Part shown: piece by piece, positions 63,401 through 64,000 of the stretch
Position numbering within the stretch: position 1 is the first letter of the stretch
Layout: each line of letters opens with the position of its first letter
Source of the DNA: Botryllus schlosseri
Taxonomy: Eukaryota
Assembly: GCA_051294905.1 (NCBI GenBank)
Contig: CM119380.1
Span: 12,338,001-12,402,000, forward strand
Length of the DNA stretch: 64,000 nucleotides
Direction of reading: 5' to 3'
Made by a program: the position numbers and the translations under genes
The notes under the pieces: model-generated
The model's input: only the letters and a program-made list of their open reading frames with translations
Told to the model about the DNA's origin: nothing
The model's database searches: none

Positions 63401-64000
63401 TTCAATCTTCCAATCAGGAAGATAGCCTGAGAAATTGCGGGGCTGTTTTCACGGAGTATCAACATTTAATTTTCATAAAAGTTGAGTAAAGCCAAGAATT
63501 TTCGTCCCGCTTCTCGCGCAGTGGATACGGAGTGACCAGGATGATTTCACGAAAGTATCATTGCCACATTGTCGCCCTTCGCCCATATGAAATAATTCAT
63601 CACAGTATATATGGCTCATCATAACCTTTGAAAGTGATGTTTCGCAATCTAGCATTTAATTGTCATATCGTCATCTAACATGTCCATGGCGTTTCCTAAT
63701 CTGGAAATGTGAACTCTGACTTTTTTTGAGTTTTAGAGCTGTTTCAGCATACCTCCTTTAAAACTTTCTGGACTAAAGACTTGAAATACATGTTCCACTT
63801 TTAGAAGTAGTATCTATATTTCACTTTTAATTCCCAGTATCTTATATTTTGAGTTATAATTAATATCAGTTATTTTGTCATGATAACATACATGTTGAAG
63901 AATAAAAGCAAGTGTAGTTATGCCTTTAATTTACGGAAATAAAGCTACACAATATGGCATTTTTGCGGTCCACCATATTTTTTATTAACGTTTACTAATC

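Overview
Eukaryotic, intron-rich, AT-rich genomic DNA; an ascidian-like invertebrate is my inference from gene style and 53-60 nt minimal introns. Left to right: (1) an intact 789-aa BEL/Pao-type gag ORF on the minus strand. (2) The 3' half of a DENND4/CRAG gene on the plus strand, 15 exons, with an in-frame TAA in a conserved exon. (3) A minus-strand NLR locus (41592->~20494) that I can splice in phase into one ~1,836-aa protein: a PB1/ubiquitin-like N-terminus followed by two complete NACHT + LRR/degenerate-LRR modules joined by linker exons. (4) Scattered minus-strand exons resembling an integrin-alpha leg with no recognisable TM/GFFKR end. Introns and intergenic DNA are packed with hAT-type MITEs (8-bp TSDs, several nested), tRNA-derived SINEs, and two unrelated fold-back families carrying minimal type-I hammerhead-ribozyme motifs. 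All gene models were built by eye (GT/AG sites plus phase continuity), and homologies are recalled, not searched.
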